From: an uncultured virus (IMG/VR IMGVR_UViG_3300008116_000020)
Lineage: Duplodnaviria; Heunggongvirae; Uroviricota; Caudoviricetes
Strand: one strand, 5' to 3'
Virus record (IMG/VR): IMGVR_UViG_3300008116_000020
Location: 1-64,000 of that record
Length of the DNA: 64,000 nucleotides
Part shown: positions 10,088-17,945 of the stretch, piece after piece
Position numbering within the stretch: position 1 is the first letter of the stretch
Layout: every line of letters starts with the position of its first letter
Notes under the pieces: generated by a model
The model's database searches: none
Seen by the model: only the letters and a program-made list of their open reading frames with translations
Told to the model about the DNA's origin: nothing
Translations under genes and position numbers: made by a program

Positions 10088-10164
10088 CCAGGGGGTTACC
10101 TGAACACTCTTAATATCTACCAGGGGGTTACCTGGATTTTTAGTTGTGCCAGGGGGTTACCTGG
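10088..10164 (-). repeat. three direct copies of the hairpin CCAGGGGGTTACCTG(G)
   Basis: copies at 10088, 10120 and 10149; on the minus strand CCAGG-TAACCC-CCTGG. Confidence 0.9.
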
Positions 10165-10171
10165 ACTTTAG

Positions 10172-10259
10172 TAGCCTCATATGGATTCGAACCACAGTCT
10201 CTTAATCGAAAAATCAAGTATCCTAAGTGTTTTACAACACACCGCTAGACGATAAGGCT
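10172..10259 (-). tRNA. atypical tRNA-like gene B (8-nt loop TTTTTCGA, D-loop hairpin insert GTGTT-GTAA-AACAC)
   Basis: acceptor AGCCTTA/TGAGGCT, anticodon stem CTTGA/TTAAG, T arm TGTGG TTCGAAT CCATA. Confidence 0.75.
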
Positions 10260-10284
10260 CATAGGTCGCCATTTTTTATTTTTT

Positions 10285-10316
10285 CAAAGATACGGAAGAT
10301 TTTTCAATCTACCAAA
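10285..10316 (-). promoter_or_regulatory. Bacteroidota-type sigma70 promoter (-33 TTTG, 20-nt spacer, -7 TATCTTTG)
   Basis: minus strand TTTG-GTAGATTGAAAAATCTTCCG-TATCTTTG. Confidence 0.8.
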
Positions 10317-10348
10317 TCTTTTTTAATTTCAAAGAACGTTTTCTTTAG

Positions 10349-10432
10349 TAGCCCCATGTGGATTCGAACCACAGTCTCTCAGTCGAAGAACTGATTATCC
10401 TACCTCTTACGAGTCCGCTAGACGATAGGGCC
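10349..10432 (-). tRNA. atypical tRNA-like gene C (8-nt loop TTCTTCGA, D-loop hairpin insert CTC-GTAA-GAG)
   Basis: acceptor GGCCCTA/TGGGGCT, anticodon stem ATCAG/CTGAG, T arm identical to gene A. Confidence 0.75.
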
Positions 10433-10477
10433 ATATTTGATTCTGTTAGTCTAAGCTAAACTACCAGAATACTGGTG

Positions 10478-10560
10478 TTGGAAGGGAGGGATTCGAACCC
10501 CCGTACCCTTGCGAGAACAGATTTACAGTCTGTCGGTTTTAACCACTCACCCACCTTCCA
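10478..10560 (-). tRNA. tRNA-Tyr (GTA)
   Basis: ACAGA CTGTAAA TCTGT anticodon arm, long variable arm, GGGGG TTCGAAT CCCTC T arm. Confidence 0.9.
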
Positions 10561-10649
10561 AGGTTAAAAAAAATAGAGCCAAATCTAACTGACATCCTTC
10601 ACCGTAAACTAGACGATACTTCGTGTTTTATTTAAACTATCTATTTTAG

Positions 10650-10721
10650 TAGTCCATAGGAGGATCGAACTCCTATTTTCAGGATGAAAACCTGATATCC
10701 TAACCATTAGATGAATGGACC
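10650..10721 (-). tRNA. tRNA-Glu (TTC), canonical 7-nt loop
   Basis: TCAGG TTTTCAT CCTGA anticodon arm; full cloverleaf. Confidence 0.9.
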
Positions 10722-10738
10722 ATTTTTATTTCTTTTAT

Positions 10739-10770
10739 CAAAGATAAGGAAGATTTTTCAATCTACCAAA
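10739..10770 (-). promoter_or_regulatory. Bacteroidota-type sigma70 promoter
   Basis: TTTG-N20-TATCTTTG, near-identical to 10285..10316. Confidence 0.8.
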
Positions 10771-10784
10771 TCTTTTTTAATTTC

Positions 10785-10913
10785 TTTTGATTACCCAACC
10801 ACTCACGTCCTTTTACTCTTGTGGTTAAAGGTCTTGCGGACCACCATAACGGGTTTGTCATACTAGGAAGACGCTCAGTACACAAACCTTGCTCCTCTCT
10901 GAGGTAATCAAAA
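10785..10913 (-). ncRNA. candidate structured non-coding RNA, family unidentified
   Basis: GC-rich island closed by the 11-bp inverted repeat TTTTGATTACC/GGTAATCAAAA, with internal helices and its own upstream promoter. Confidence 0.5.
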
Positions 10914-10961
10914 ATGTAATATTTCAAAGAACTTGTATCAGACGTTTCTGATTTTGTTTTA

Positions 10962-10993
10962 CAAAGATAAGTAATCTTTTTTAATCTACCAAA
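10962..10993 (-). promoter_or_regulatory. Bacteroidota-type sigma70 promoter
   Basis: TTTG-N20-TATCTTTG. Confidence 0.8.
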
Positions 10994-10999
10994 TCTTTT

Positions 11000-11227
11000 T
11001 TATAATCTTTTTCTAACAAATGAATCTACATAATAAACAACTGAAGATCTAACTTCATCAGACATACCTTTTTCCATAACTCCCTTCTTAACAAGTTTGT
11101 TACAAGCTTTTATCTCTTCTGATGTTAAAAGCTTTCTCAAAACACTGGTATCTCCAAAGTTAATTAAAAAATCTCTTTCTTCTTTTGAAAGTCCCTTAAT
11201 AACTGATGTAATCTCTTCGTTTATCAT
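11000..11227 (-). CDS. small hypothetical protein
   Basis: ORF directly downstream of the promoter at 11232..11263. Confidence 0.55.
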   Translation of the reverse strand: MINEEITSVIKGLSKEERDFLINFGDTSVLRKLLTSEEIKACNKLVKKGVMEKGMSDEVRSSVVYYVDSFVRKRL

Positions 11228-11231
11228 AAAT

Positions 11232-11263
11232 CAAAGATAAGGATACTTTTTTAATCTACCAAA
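11232..11263 (-). promoter_or_regulatory. Bacteroidota-type sigma70 promoter
   Basis: TTTG-N20-TATCTTTG. Confidence 0.8.
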
Positions 11264-11264
11264 T

Positions 11265-11720
11265 TTATATTAAATAAATGTCACCTGATCCAGGTCTAAA
11301 CTTTTGTAAGTTTCTTATAGCTGAAGAACTTATATGTGAGAACTCTTCATCACATCGAAAGAAAACAACATTTATATCCTTCTTAAAATCCTTAATGAAT
11401 TTAATCTGGTTATCCTCATAATCTAAGTCATTACCATTTCTTAAACCACGAACAATAACAACATTGTACCCGTCTACTTCTTTCTGTTCGATAAACTCAT
11501 GTAAGAAAGAAGAATAAACCTCAACTGGTCTTTGTAACTTATTACCAATTTCTTCTGCTCTGATAACAGAAGTAACTGCTGAGTTTTCTTTATCTGTATT
11601 TATACCAATCGCAATTAAAACATTACCTTCACCAAAAACTTTCTCAGCCTTTTGAACAATATTCAAGTGACCTAAGTGAAAGGGATTAAAAGAACCTGGG
11701 TAAATTGCTAATGTTTTCAT
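11265..11720 (-). CDS. coaD: phosphopantetheine adenylyltransferase-like nucleotidyltransferase
   Basis: AIYPGSFNPFHLGH, IVRGLRN..D.DYE and ISSSAIR motifs. Confidence 0.85.
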   Translation of the reverse strand: MKTLAIYPGSFNPFHLGHLNIVQKAEKVFGEGNVLIAIGINTDKENSAVTSVIRAEEIGNKLQRPVEVYSSFLHEFIEQKEVDGYNVVIVRGLRNGNDLDYEDNQIKFIKDFKKDINVVFFRCDEEFSHISSSAIRNLQKFRPGSGDIYLI

Positions 11721-12148
11721 AATAATTTTTTTAACTTACGATCTCTAATATATGAGATTAGATTTCTAACATGCCAACTTTGCTTGAATTCATCATCTTT
11801 AATATAGAAACATAATTTTTCAAATACAAAATCATCAATTTCTTCCCACTTTTCTTCTAAAGTTGTAGACCAAGACCAAGCATCAGATCCACTGGATTCA
11901 GTTTTACAATAAATATTAGATTTTATTTCTTTTACTAAATTCCAACTACTAATGTATATTTTCAATGATTGTTCATTAAATTGATTTTTTGTGAAATCTT
12001 CATAGTCACAAATAATACATGGAAATACCAAATCTGTTTTATTCAACATATAAGTATTTGAACTCCGTTTATATTCATTTATCAAATTGTTTAATGGTTC
12101 GGGATCACCTATCCGTATAACAATTGATTTACTTACTACTTCCATCAT
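11717..12148 (-). CDS. hypothetical protein with C-terminal RDRKLKKLL tag
   Basis: ORF with the shared tag. Confidence 0.55.
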   Translation of the reverse strand: MMEVVSKSIVIRIGDPEPLNNLINEYKRSSNTYMLNKTDLVFPCIICDYEDFTKNQFNEQSLKIYISSWNLVKEIKSNIYCKTESSGSDAWSWSTTLEEKWEEIDDFVFEKLCFYIKDDEFKQSWHVRNLISYIRDRKLKKLL

Positions 12149-12158
12149 TGAGATTTAG

Positions 12159-12229
12159 CACGGGTACCAAGATTCGAACTCGGAACAACGGTTTTGGAGA
12201 CCGGCATGATACCATTTCACTATACCCGT
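12159..12229 (-). tRNA. tRNA-Trp (CCA)
   Basis: CCGGT CTCCAAA ACCGT anticodon arm; G73 discriminator. Confidence 0.88.
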
Positions 12230-12415
12230 GTAACCATGTATGATACCACCGTGTAAAGTTTCATCACCAGTATCTAATACCTGGGAGAGGAAGAGCTTTT
12301 CCACTACTACTCTCATACATTTCTTATACAAATATAAGCTTTATTTGTTTATAAACAACAAAGGAGGTATATATTTTTTAATATATAGTTAAGTGGGAAA
12401 AAATAATACTTAACT

Positions 12416-12958
12416 ATGAAAAAAGAAGAACTAGAAAAATATATCAATGAAGGTATATCATTAAATCAAATATCAAAAGAAACATGTAAATCTTTAACTA
12501 CAATAAGGTACTGGGTAAATAAGTATGATCTAAAATCAAACTTTGTTACTTTTAAAGACCAAGTTAAAACAGAATATGGTGAAACCAGATTTTGTCCAAG
12601 ATGTGGAAAATATGTTGAAACTAAAAACTTCCATCAGAGAAGAGGAAAAGAAAATGGATCATCATATTGCAAACCTTGTACAACTGATCAAACTTTAGAA
12701 AGAATGAGAAAATTAAAAAGTCAAATGGTTGAATATAAAGGTGGATGTTGTGTTAGATGTGGATATAATAAATATATGGGTGCTCTTGAGTTTCACCATT
12801 TAGATCCAAGTGAAAAAGATTTTAACCCATCACATTTAAGAAAATATAAGTTTGATGATAGAGCTAAAATGGAGTTAGATAAATGTGTTTTAGTTTGTTC
12901 AAATTGTCATAGAGAAATACATCACGAACTTAAACAAAAAGAAAAAGAGACACTTTAG
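12416..12958 (+). CDS. HNH homing endonuclease inside the tRNA cluster
   Basis: N-terminal HTH and CxxC pairs; ALEFHHLDP...CVLVCSNCHREIH. Confidence 0.85.
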   Translation: MKKEELEKYINEGISLNQISKETCKSLTTIRYWVNKYDLKSNFVTFKDQVKTEYGETRFCPRCGKYVETKNFHQRRGKENGSSYCKPCTTDQTLERMRKLKSQMVEYKGGCCVRCGYNKYMGALEFHHLDPSEKDFNPSHLRKYKFDDRAKMELDKCVLVCSNCHREIHHELKQKEKETL

Positions 12959-12975
12959 AGTGTCTCTTTTTTGAG

Positions 12976-13050
12976 TGATTCCGGATGGACTCAAACCATC
13001 GACCTATTCATTAGAAGTGAATTGCTACTATTCAACTGAGCTACGGAACC
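12976..13050 (-). tRNA. tRNA-Arg (TCT)
   Basis: ATTCA CTTCTAA TGAAT anticodon arm; T-loop TTTGAGT. Confidence 0.85.
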
Positions 13051-13106
13051 AAATGAGGGTTATTCGAACTCCCTCAAACTTTTTTATATCATGATACAAA
13101 GTATCG

Positions 13107-13180
13107 TGGTCCAGTCAGGACTCGAACCTGAGACTTCAACATTATGAGTGTCGCACTCTAACCAACTGAGTTACAAGACC
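13107..13180 (-). tRNA. tRNA with CAT anticodon, Ile2-like (or elongator Met)
   Basis: GGTCTTG TA ACTCAGTTGGTTAGAGT G CGACA CTCATAA TGTTG; body resembles Ile2. Confidence 0.8.
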
Positions 13181-13320
13181 TAAAGTAGGGAGGCGTCGTC
13201 CAGTACGTTACTGAACTACTCCCTCTGGTTACGTTATTTGTTCATTACTATTGTAACTCAAATAAGAGGCTTGACCAGGCACCATTTGAAAAAAGTGAGA
13301 GTATCAACCACACTCTCACA

Positions 13321-13809
13321 TCAGAGTGTAAAATGCTTTGAAAAATCAAAGTCTCTTACTAAATTTTTTCTTTTAAGACTTCCAATGCCATTATCTTGTA
13401 CAATCCATATTAAATCTTTCAATCCAGAGATATACTCTTGAATCTTAGGATCTAAATCTTTAACAAAGGATTCATCACCCGCTATTGACTCAGTATATCT
13501 TTTCTTGATACCATCAATCTTAACGTAATATTTTTCACCAGATTTATAAAAGGGATAATCATTTACATCTTCAATACAGGTATAAAGTTTGAATTCGCCA
13601 TTTTCAATTGCTTTGGAGATGGCTTCATCTTCTTCTTTTTCCATCTGATCTCTTAGATCTTTTAGTTGTGCTCGATACTCTTGAATTTCTTCTTTGTATT
13701 CTCTCACATCTAATCCAGAGTCTAATAGTTTAATTAGTATGTTTTGTTTTTCCTCAGGAGAACTTGAGTTTTCAAATTCTCCTTTGAATGTTTCATACGT
13801 GTATTCCAT
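13321..13809 (-). CDS. hypothetical protein
   Basis: ORF followed by a GTGAGAGT hairpin and T run on the minus strand. Confidence 0.6.
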   Translation of the reverse strand: MEYTYETFKGEFENSSSPEEKQNILIKLLDSGLDVREYKEEIQEYRAQLKDLRDQMEKEEDEAISKAIENGEFKLYTCIEDVNDYPFYKSGEKYYVKIDGIKKRYTESIAGDESFVKDLDPKIQEYISGLKDLIWIVQDNGIGSLKRKNLVRDFDFSKHFTL

Positions 13810-13820
13810 AGTCTTATTTA

Positions 13821-14444
13821 TTACCCTTTGATAACTTCAACGTTTTTGATTGCTACTACTGGTTTAACAGTTTCCATCATTTCAGTAACTTCACCATATT
13901 GTTTGAACTTATCAATTGTACCTTTAGCCACAGAGTAAGTTGTAACAGCTTTGATAATTTTTTCTCTATCAGACTCTTTAATCTCGTCACAGTTTTCGAT
14001 TAAAGAAGAAAGGATTTCACCATATTTCTCGATCATTGTTTCGTCGAAAGAGAATACTGTTTTTTCTTCAACGATATCTTCACCATAAGCTTCTTTCAAT
14101 TCTTCAGCTCTTTCTTCGTTGATAGAGATATATTTGTCTGTAGCCAAAAACATGAACTGTGAAGTTGACCCACTTTCATTCTCTTGACAAATCATTACTG
14201 ATTCTGGGTTTTTCTTAGTCTTCTCATACTCAGCTGCCCACAATTCTTTAGCGATGTCTTTCAATTCATCTGAAATCAAATCAGCTTTAGCTTTAGCAGA
14301 TTTCATAGTTTCTTGCAAAGACTCCAATTTCTCAACTTTTTCGAAGAAAGTTGGATCTTCAACAACTAATCTTACTTTCTTATCTTTCGCTGAAGTTTTC
14401 TTAACTGGTGTTGATTTTTTCGCCTTGTCAAATAAAGAAGCCAT
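13821..14444 (-). CDS. hypothetical protein (likely start MASLFDKAKK)
   Basis: TTTG-N20-TATCTTTG promoter at 14483..14514 lies inside the longer ORF call, which places the start at 14444. Confidence 0.65.
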   Translation of the reverse strand: MASLFDKAKKSTPVKKTSAKDKKVRLVVEDPTFFEKVEKLESLQETMKSAKAKADLISDELKDIAKELWAAEYEKTKKNPESVMICQENESGSTSQFMFLATDKYISINEERAEELKEAYGEDIVEEKTVFSFDETMIEKYGEILSSLIENCDEIKESDREKIIKAVTTYSVAKGTIDKFKQYGEVTEMMETVKPVVAIKNVEVIKG

Positions 14445-14750
14445 AATATAAAGTTTTAAAGTTATTTTCTGTTTCTGTTTATCAAAGATAAGGAGACTTT
14501 TATATTTTACCAAACTTTTTAGAAACTTTTTTTAATTTCTTTTTGTCGGTATGTCTCTCTCACATTGACAATACAAATATAAGGAACTTTTATAAATAAC
14601 CAAGGGGATACATGAGATTTAATATATAAATTATGAGAAAATGTAAATGGTGTGAAAAAGAATTGATCGATAAGAGATCCGATGCTCTTTTTTGTAGAAG
14701 AGCTTGTAAAAATATGTATAGAAGAAGTATTAAAAATAAACTAAATAAAG

Positions 14751-15488
14751 ATGGGAAAGTTTTGTAAGGAATGTGAAAATGAAAAGGATATATCAGATTT
14801 CTATCTTAAAAAGGATGGTAAACCAAAAACTTCTTATTGTAAGTCTTGTTATAGTAAAATCTATAAAAAAGAATATAATAAAGAATACTACGAAAATAAT
14901 AAAGATAAATTTAAAGAGAATTACAAAAAGTGGATTGTGGAAAATGATAGAACAGAATATCGAAAAAAATATTGGGAAGAAAATAAAGAAATTATAAAAG
15001 AAAAGAAAAAAGAATATAGAAAAAATAATAAAGAATTAGTTTCTCAACAAAAGAGAGAATATTATAAAAATCTATCACCAGAGAAAAAAGAGGAATTAAA
15101 AATCAGAAAAAGAGAATTATATCATAAAAATAATTATAAAGAGAAAAAAAGTGAATATGTTAAAGATAAATTAGATGTAGATCCATTTTTTAAAATGAAA
15201 TTCAATATAAGATCATTGATCAGAAATGCGTTCAAAAGAGGGTTTACATCTAAATCAAAAAAAACCGTGGAGATATTAGGATGTTCGTTTGAAGATTTCA
15301 AATTACATCTTGAATCAAAATTCGATGAAAACATGAATTGGGAAAACCATGGAACATACTGGGAATTAGATCATATAATACCAATTTCATCTGCTAAAAC
15401 AGAAGAGGAAGTTTATAAATTAAATCATTATACAAACTTCCAACCTCTTTACTGGTTAGATAATATTAGAAAAAGTAATAAACTATAA
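14751..15488 (+). CDS. HNH homing endonuclease
   Basis: CxxC zinc ribbon, K/E-rich linker, ILGCS..F..HLESKF, WELDHIIP and NFQPLYWLDNIRKSNK motifs. Confidence 0.88.
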   Translation: MGKFCKECENEKDISDFYLKKDGKPKTSYCKSCYSKIYKKEYNKEYYENNKDKFKENYKKWIVENDRTEYRKKYWEENKEIIKEKKKEYRKNNKELVSQQKREYYKNLSPEKKEELKIRKRELYHKNNYKEKKSEYVKDKLDVDPFFKMKFNIRSLIRNAFKRGFTSKSKKTVEILGCSFEDFKLHLESKFDENMNWENHGTYWELDHIIPISSAKTEEEVYKLNHYTNFQPLYWLDNIRKSNKL

Positions 15489-15685
15489 AACAAATTCTAT
15501 CCAAAGTTTTCCATACTTATTGCTCATCAGTCTATTAACGTTTTCGAGAAAAAGTTCTATTGAACCTGGACTTTCTTTTTCGAGTTCCTTTACTTTGTTT
15601 TTAATTTGAGTGTGTACTTTGTAAACATCTTCAATACTATATTCTTCTTTCTTTTTATTCGAGAATAGATACCAAGGAAATGCCA

Positions 15686-15943
15686 TTATTTAAAGTAATA
15701 TTCGTTATTTTTTATTTGGTTCAATATCTTTATTAGATTTTGACCATTGATTAAGTCCCAACTAATTGATATTTCATTTGGCATAAAAACGTGACCAAAG
15801 TCATTAACTCCGATCACATGAAATCTATACCCAGCAGAAACCTTTTCCTTAAAGAATAGTCTTTTCTCATTATTATTATCTAAAATATCAAGTACTCTTT
15901 TATTTATTTGATCTATAATCGATTTGTGTATAAATGATCTCAT
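15686..15943 (-). CDS. hypothetical protein, local paralog family
   Basis: SFIHKSII...LIKILNQIKNNEY pattern shared with neighbours. Confidence 0.55.
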   Translation of the reverse strand: MRSFIHKSIIDQINKRVLDILDNNNEKRLFFKEKVSAGYRFHVIGVNDFGHVFMPNEISISWDLINGQNLIKILNQIKNNEYYFK

Positions 15944-16395
15944 AATACTCCCCCTTCTTTATTTGGTTTTTCTTTGGTTGTTGTTTCTGATACCGAAGGA
16001 TTCGTTATTGGCTTTGCCACAGTTTTATTTCCAGACCAATTCTTTCCTTTCCAGGTGGTAGTCGGTTTCTTTGGTGTTGTATCAACAACAGTAATTCTTT
16101 CAAATGGTTTAACTCTAACAACTTTATACTCACCTCTGATTAGTTGTTGGTATATCTTTGCTAACTCACCTCCTTTTAAAGTATTGAAGTCTGTTGTCAT
16201 ACCATGTTTGAATCTAAAAAAACCTTTATCACAAATCATATTAAGATCGTCTGCTTGTTTTTTGTAAATAGACTTCTCTGGATTATCAGAGAATGGTTTT
16301 TCTAACCTAACATATGACTTATCTGGCATACCATCAAGTAAGATTTTACAAATCTTTGTTATTTCAAATCTACAATATTTATTTAAAAAACTCAT
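15940..16395 (-). CDS. hypothetical protein, local paralog family
   Basis: SFLNKY...LAKIYQQLIRGEY, with a K/T/P-rich tail. Confidence 0.55.
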   Translation of the reverse strand: MSFLNKYCRFEITKICKILLDGMPDKSYVRLEKPFSDNPEKSIYKKQADDLNMICDKGFFRFKHGMTTDFNTLKGGELAKIYQQLIRGEYKVVRVKPFERITVVDTTPKKPTTTWKGKNWSGNKTVAKPITNPSVSETTTKEKPNKEGGVL

Positions 16396-16399
16396 TTTA

Positions 16400-16660
16400 T
16401 TATTTTGTAAAGTTATTATTTTTTAATTTAAAATAGATTTTAATTAAGTCTATTGATTTTATCAAAATTGGATCAACACCACCAATACCATCTTTAGTAA
16501 ATTTTGTTTTCACTATTGGATGAAAATCTATTTTTCTCATACCGATTATATCGAAATTACCACTTTTTATTGTTTCATCAAAAAAGATATAATTTGTTTT
16601 AACTTTCAATCCAGAGATTGATTCAATATTTTTCAGTATATGTTTTCTAATAAAATCCAT
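16400..16660 (-). CDS. hypothetical protein, local paralog family
   Basis: DFIRKHIL...LIKIYFKLKNNNF. Confidence 0.55.
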   Translation of the reverse strand: MDFIRKHILKNIESISGLKVKTNYIFFDETIKSGNFDIIGMRKIDFHPIVKTKFTKDGIGGVDPILIKSIDLIKIYFKLKNNNFTK

Positions 16661-16664
16661 AGTA

Positions 16665-17018
16665 TTACCATTTACCTTCTTTTAATAATTGTTCTCTTGG
16701 TTCCAATTCAATTCCATTTTCAACCCAATAGTTCCAATTTATCATCAATTTATTTGAGTTATAATTCAATGCTGAACCATCATTTCTCTTTATATGAGAC
16801 ATAATAGATTCTGTCCAAATTGAGAAGTGATCGTATTCATTTTTACCACAACCACATGCTGTGGCTCTGCCGTTGTCAAACTCCCAAACAAGTGGTCTTA
16901 ATCCACAATTTGGACAAGGTGACCAACTCTCTGGGTTTTTTGGTATTTCATAAGCAGATATACATTTATATTTACCTTGTAGTATATCTAATTTTATATC
17001 TCTTACAACTTGAATCAT
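16665..17018 (-). CDS. zinc-ribbon protein
   Basis: CPNCG...TACGCG; N-terminal RDIKLDILQG variant of the tag. Confidence 0.55.
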   Translation of the reverse strand: MIQVVRDIKLDILQGKYKCISAYEIPKNPESWSPCPNCGLRPLVWEFDNGRATACGCGKNEYDHFSIWTESIMSHIKRNDGSALNYNSNKLMINWNYWVENGIELEPREQLLKEGKW

Positions 17019-17308
17019 TATATAAAACTATCTGTTAGGTGACACTTACCTTCTTTTAATTTTCGAAATATTTGTAATACTTCTGTATCTGTAAATGAAT
17101 ACCAACCAATATGTGTCTTTTGTTTTGTTATTGGAGCACCATTTTGTTTCAAACCATAAATCTTAAACTTTGGTTGACGACTTAACTCAATATACTCGTC
17201 AAATCCGATAACAATAGCAAGTCTATGGTCTTTTGTCATTTTACATGACATTTGGATTATTTTGTTTATAAGATGTATTCTTATAAAGTTTTTGTTATCT
17301 GTAGCCAT
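17018..17308 (-). CDS. hypothetical protein, local paralog family
   Basis: NFIRIHLI...VLQIFRKLKEGKC. Confidence 0.55.
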   Translation of the reverse strand: MATDNKNFIRIHLINKIIQMSCKMTKDHRLAIVIGFDEYIELSRQPKFKIYGLKQNGAPITKQKTHIGWYSFTDTEVLQIFRKLKEGKCHLTDSFI

Positions 17309-17913
17309 TGTGTAAAAGTTCTTTTAGTATTTTTTCTTCTTTCCTCTTCTTCTTTAGTTTTGATATACTTTCTCCACTCAGTATTAGATAAGTAGGTTTG
17401 ATAGTCTAACAAAATCTGTACTAATTGGTGTTCTGGTATATCAATACCTTTTAATATCTTATCAGTGTATTTGCTTCTTGTAAAATATGTTTTTGTACCA
17501 ATTTCTTGAATTTTATTCTCTTGTAAGAATTGATATGCTATGTTTTTACGTCTTTTTATTTCTTTACCCTCTGGACAAAAATCAACTACACTTGAAAATA
17601 ACTCTTCTAAGTTTTCCTCACCACTCTTAACTAATTCAATAAAGTTGAAAAGATTTGAGTGTCTTATTTTAAGTTCGTCAAACTTAACTGTTTCTTCTTC
17701 TGAAAATTTAGAAGAATTCATATCCATCTTTAAACCGGTTGTTATATATGTTTTTACTGAACCAGGTTTGTTTAAGACTAATCTTTTACTTCTAAAGTAG
17801 GTTTGTTTACCAATACTAGTTCTTATATCTCTTTTCTCAAAATCTTTAAGAGATTTTTCAGCATCTTCTTTACTAAAGTTAGTAATTAGTTCAATAGCCT
17901 TTTCCAGTTTCAT
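17281..17913 (-). CDS. hypothetical protein
   Basis: 210-aa ORF downstream of a TATATTTG element; internal repeat IGKQTYFRS/IGTKTYFTRS. Confidence 0.6.
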   Translation of the reverse strand: MKLEKAIELITNFSKEDAEKSLKDFEKRDIRTSIGKQTYFRSKRLVLNKPGSVKTYITTGLKMDMNSSKFSEEETVKFDELKIRHSNLFNFIELVKSGEENLEELFSSVVDFCPEGKEIKRRKNIAYQFLQENKIQEIGTKTYFTRSKYTDKILKGIDIPEHQLVQILLDYQTYLSNTEWRKYIKTKEEEERRKNTKRTFTQWLQITKTL

Positions 17914-17945
17914 ATACTTAATTTTATTTTACAAATATAATGATT

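Noticed and set aside
10088..10164. CRISPR mini-array
   Set aside because: Repeats are only 15-16 nt with 13-17 nt linkers, and there is no cas operon; kept as a hairpin repeat instead
10785..10913. Lysine or SAM riboswitch
   Set aside because: Only a short AGAGGAGC resemblance; length and the other conserved elements do not fit, and no CDS lies downstream
13054..13078. Additional tRNA
   Set aside because: Only an isolated hairpin with a TTCGAAT-like loop; no D arm or anticodon arm
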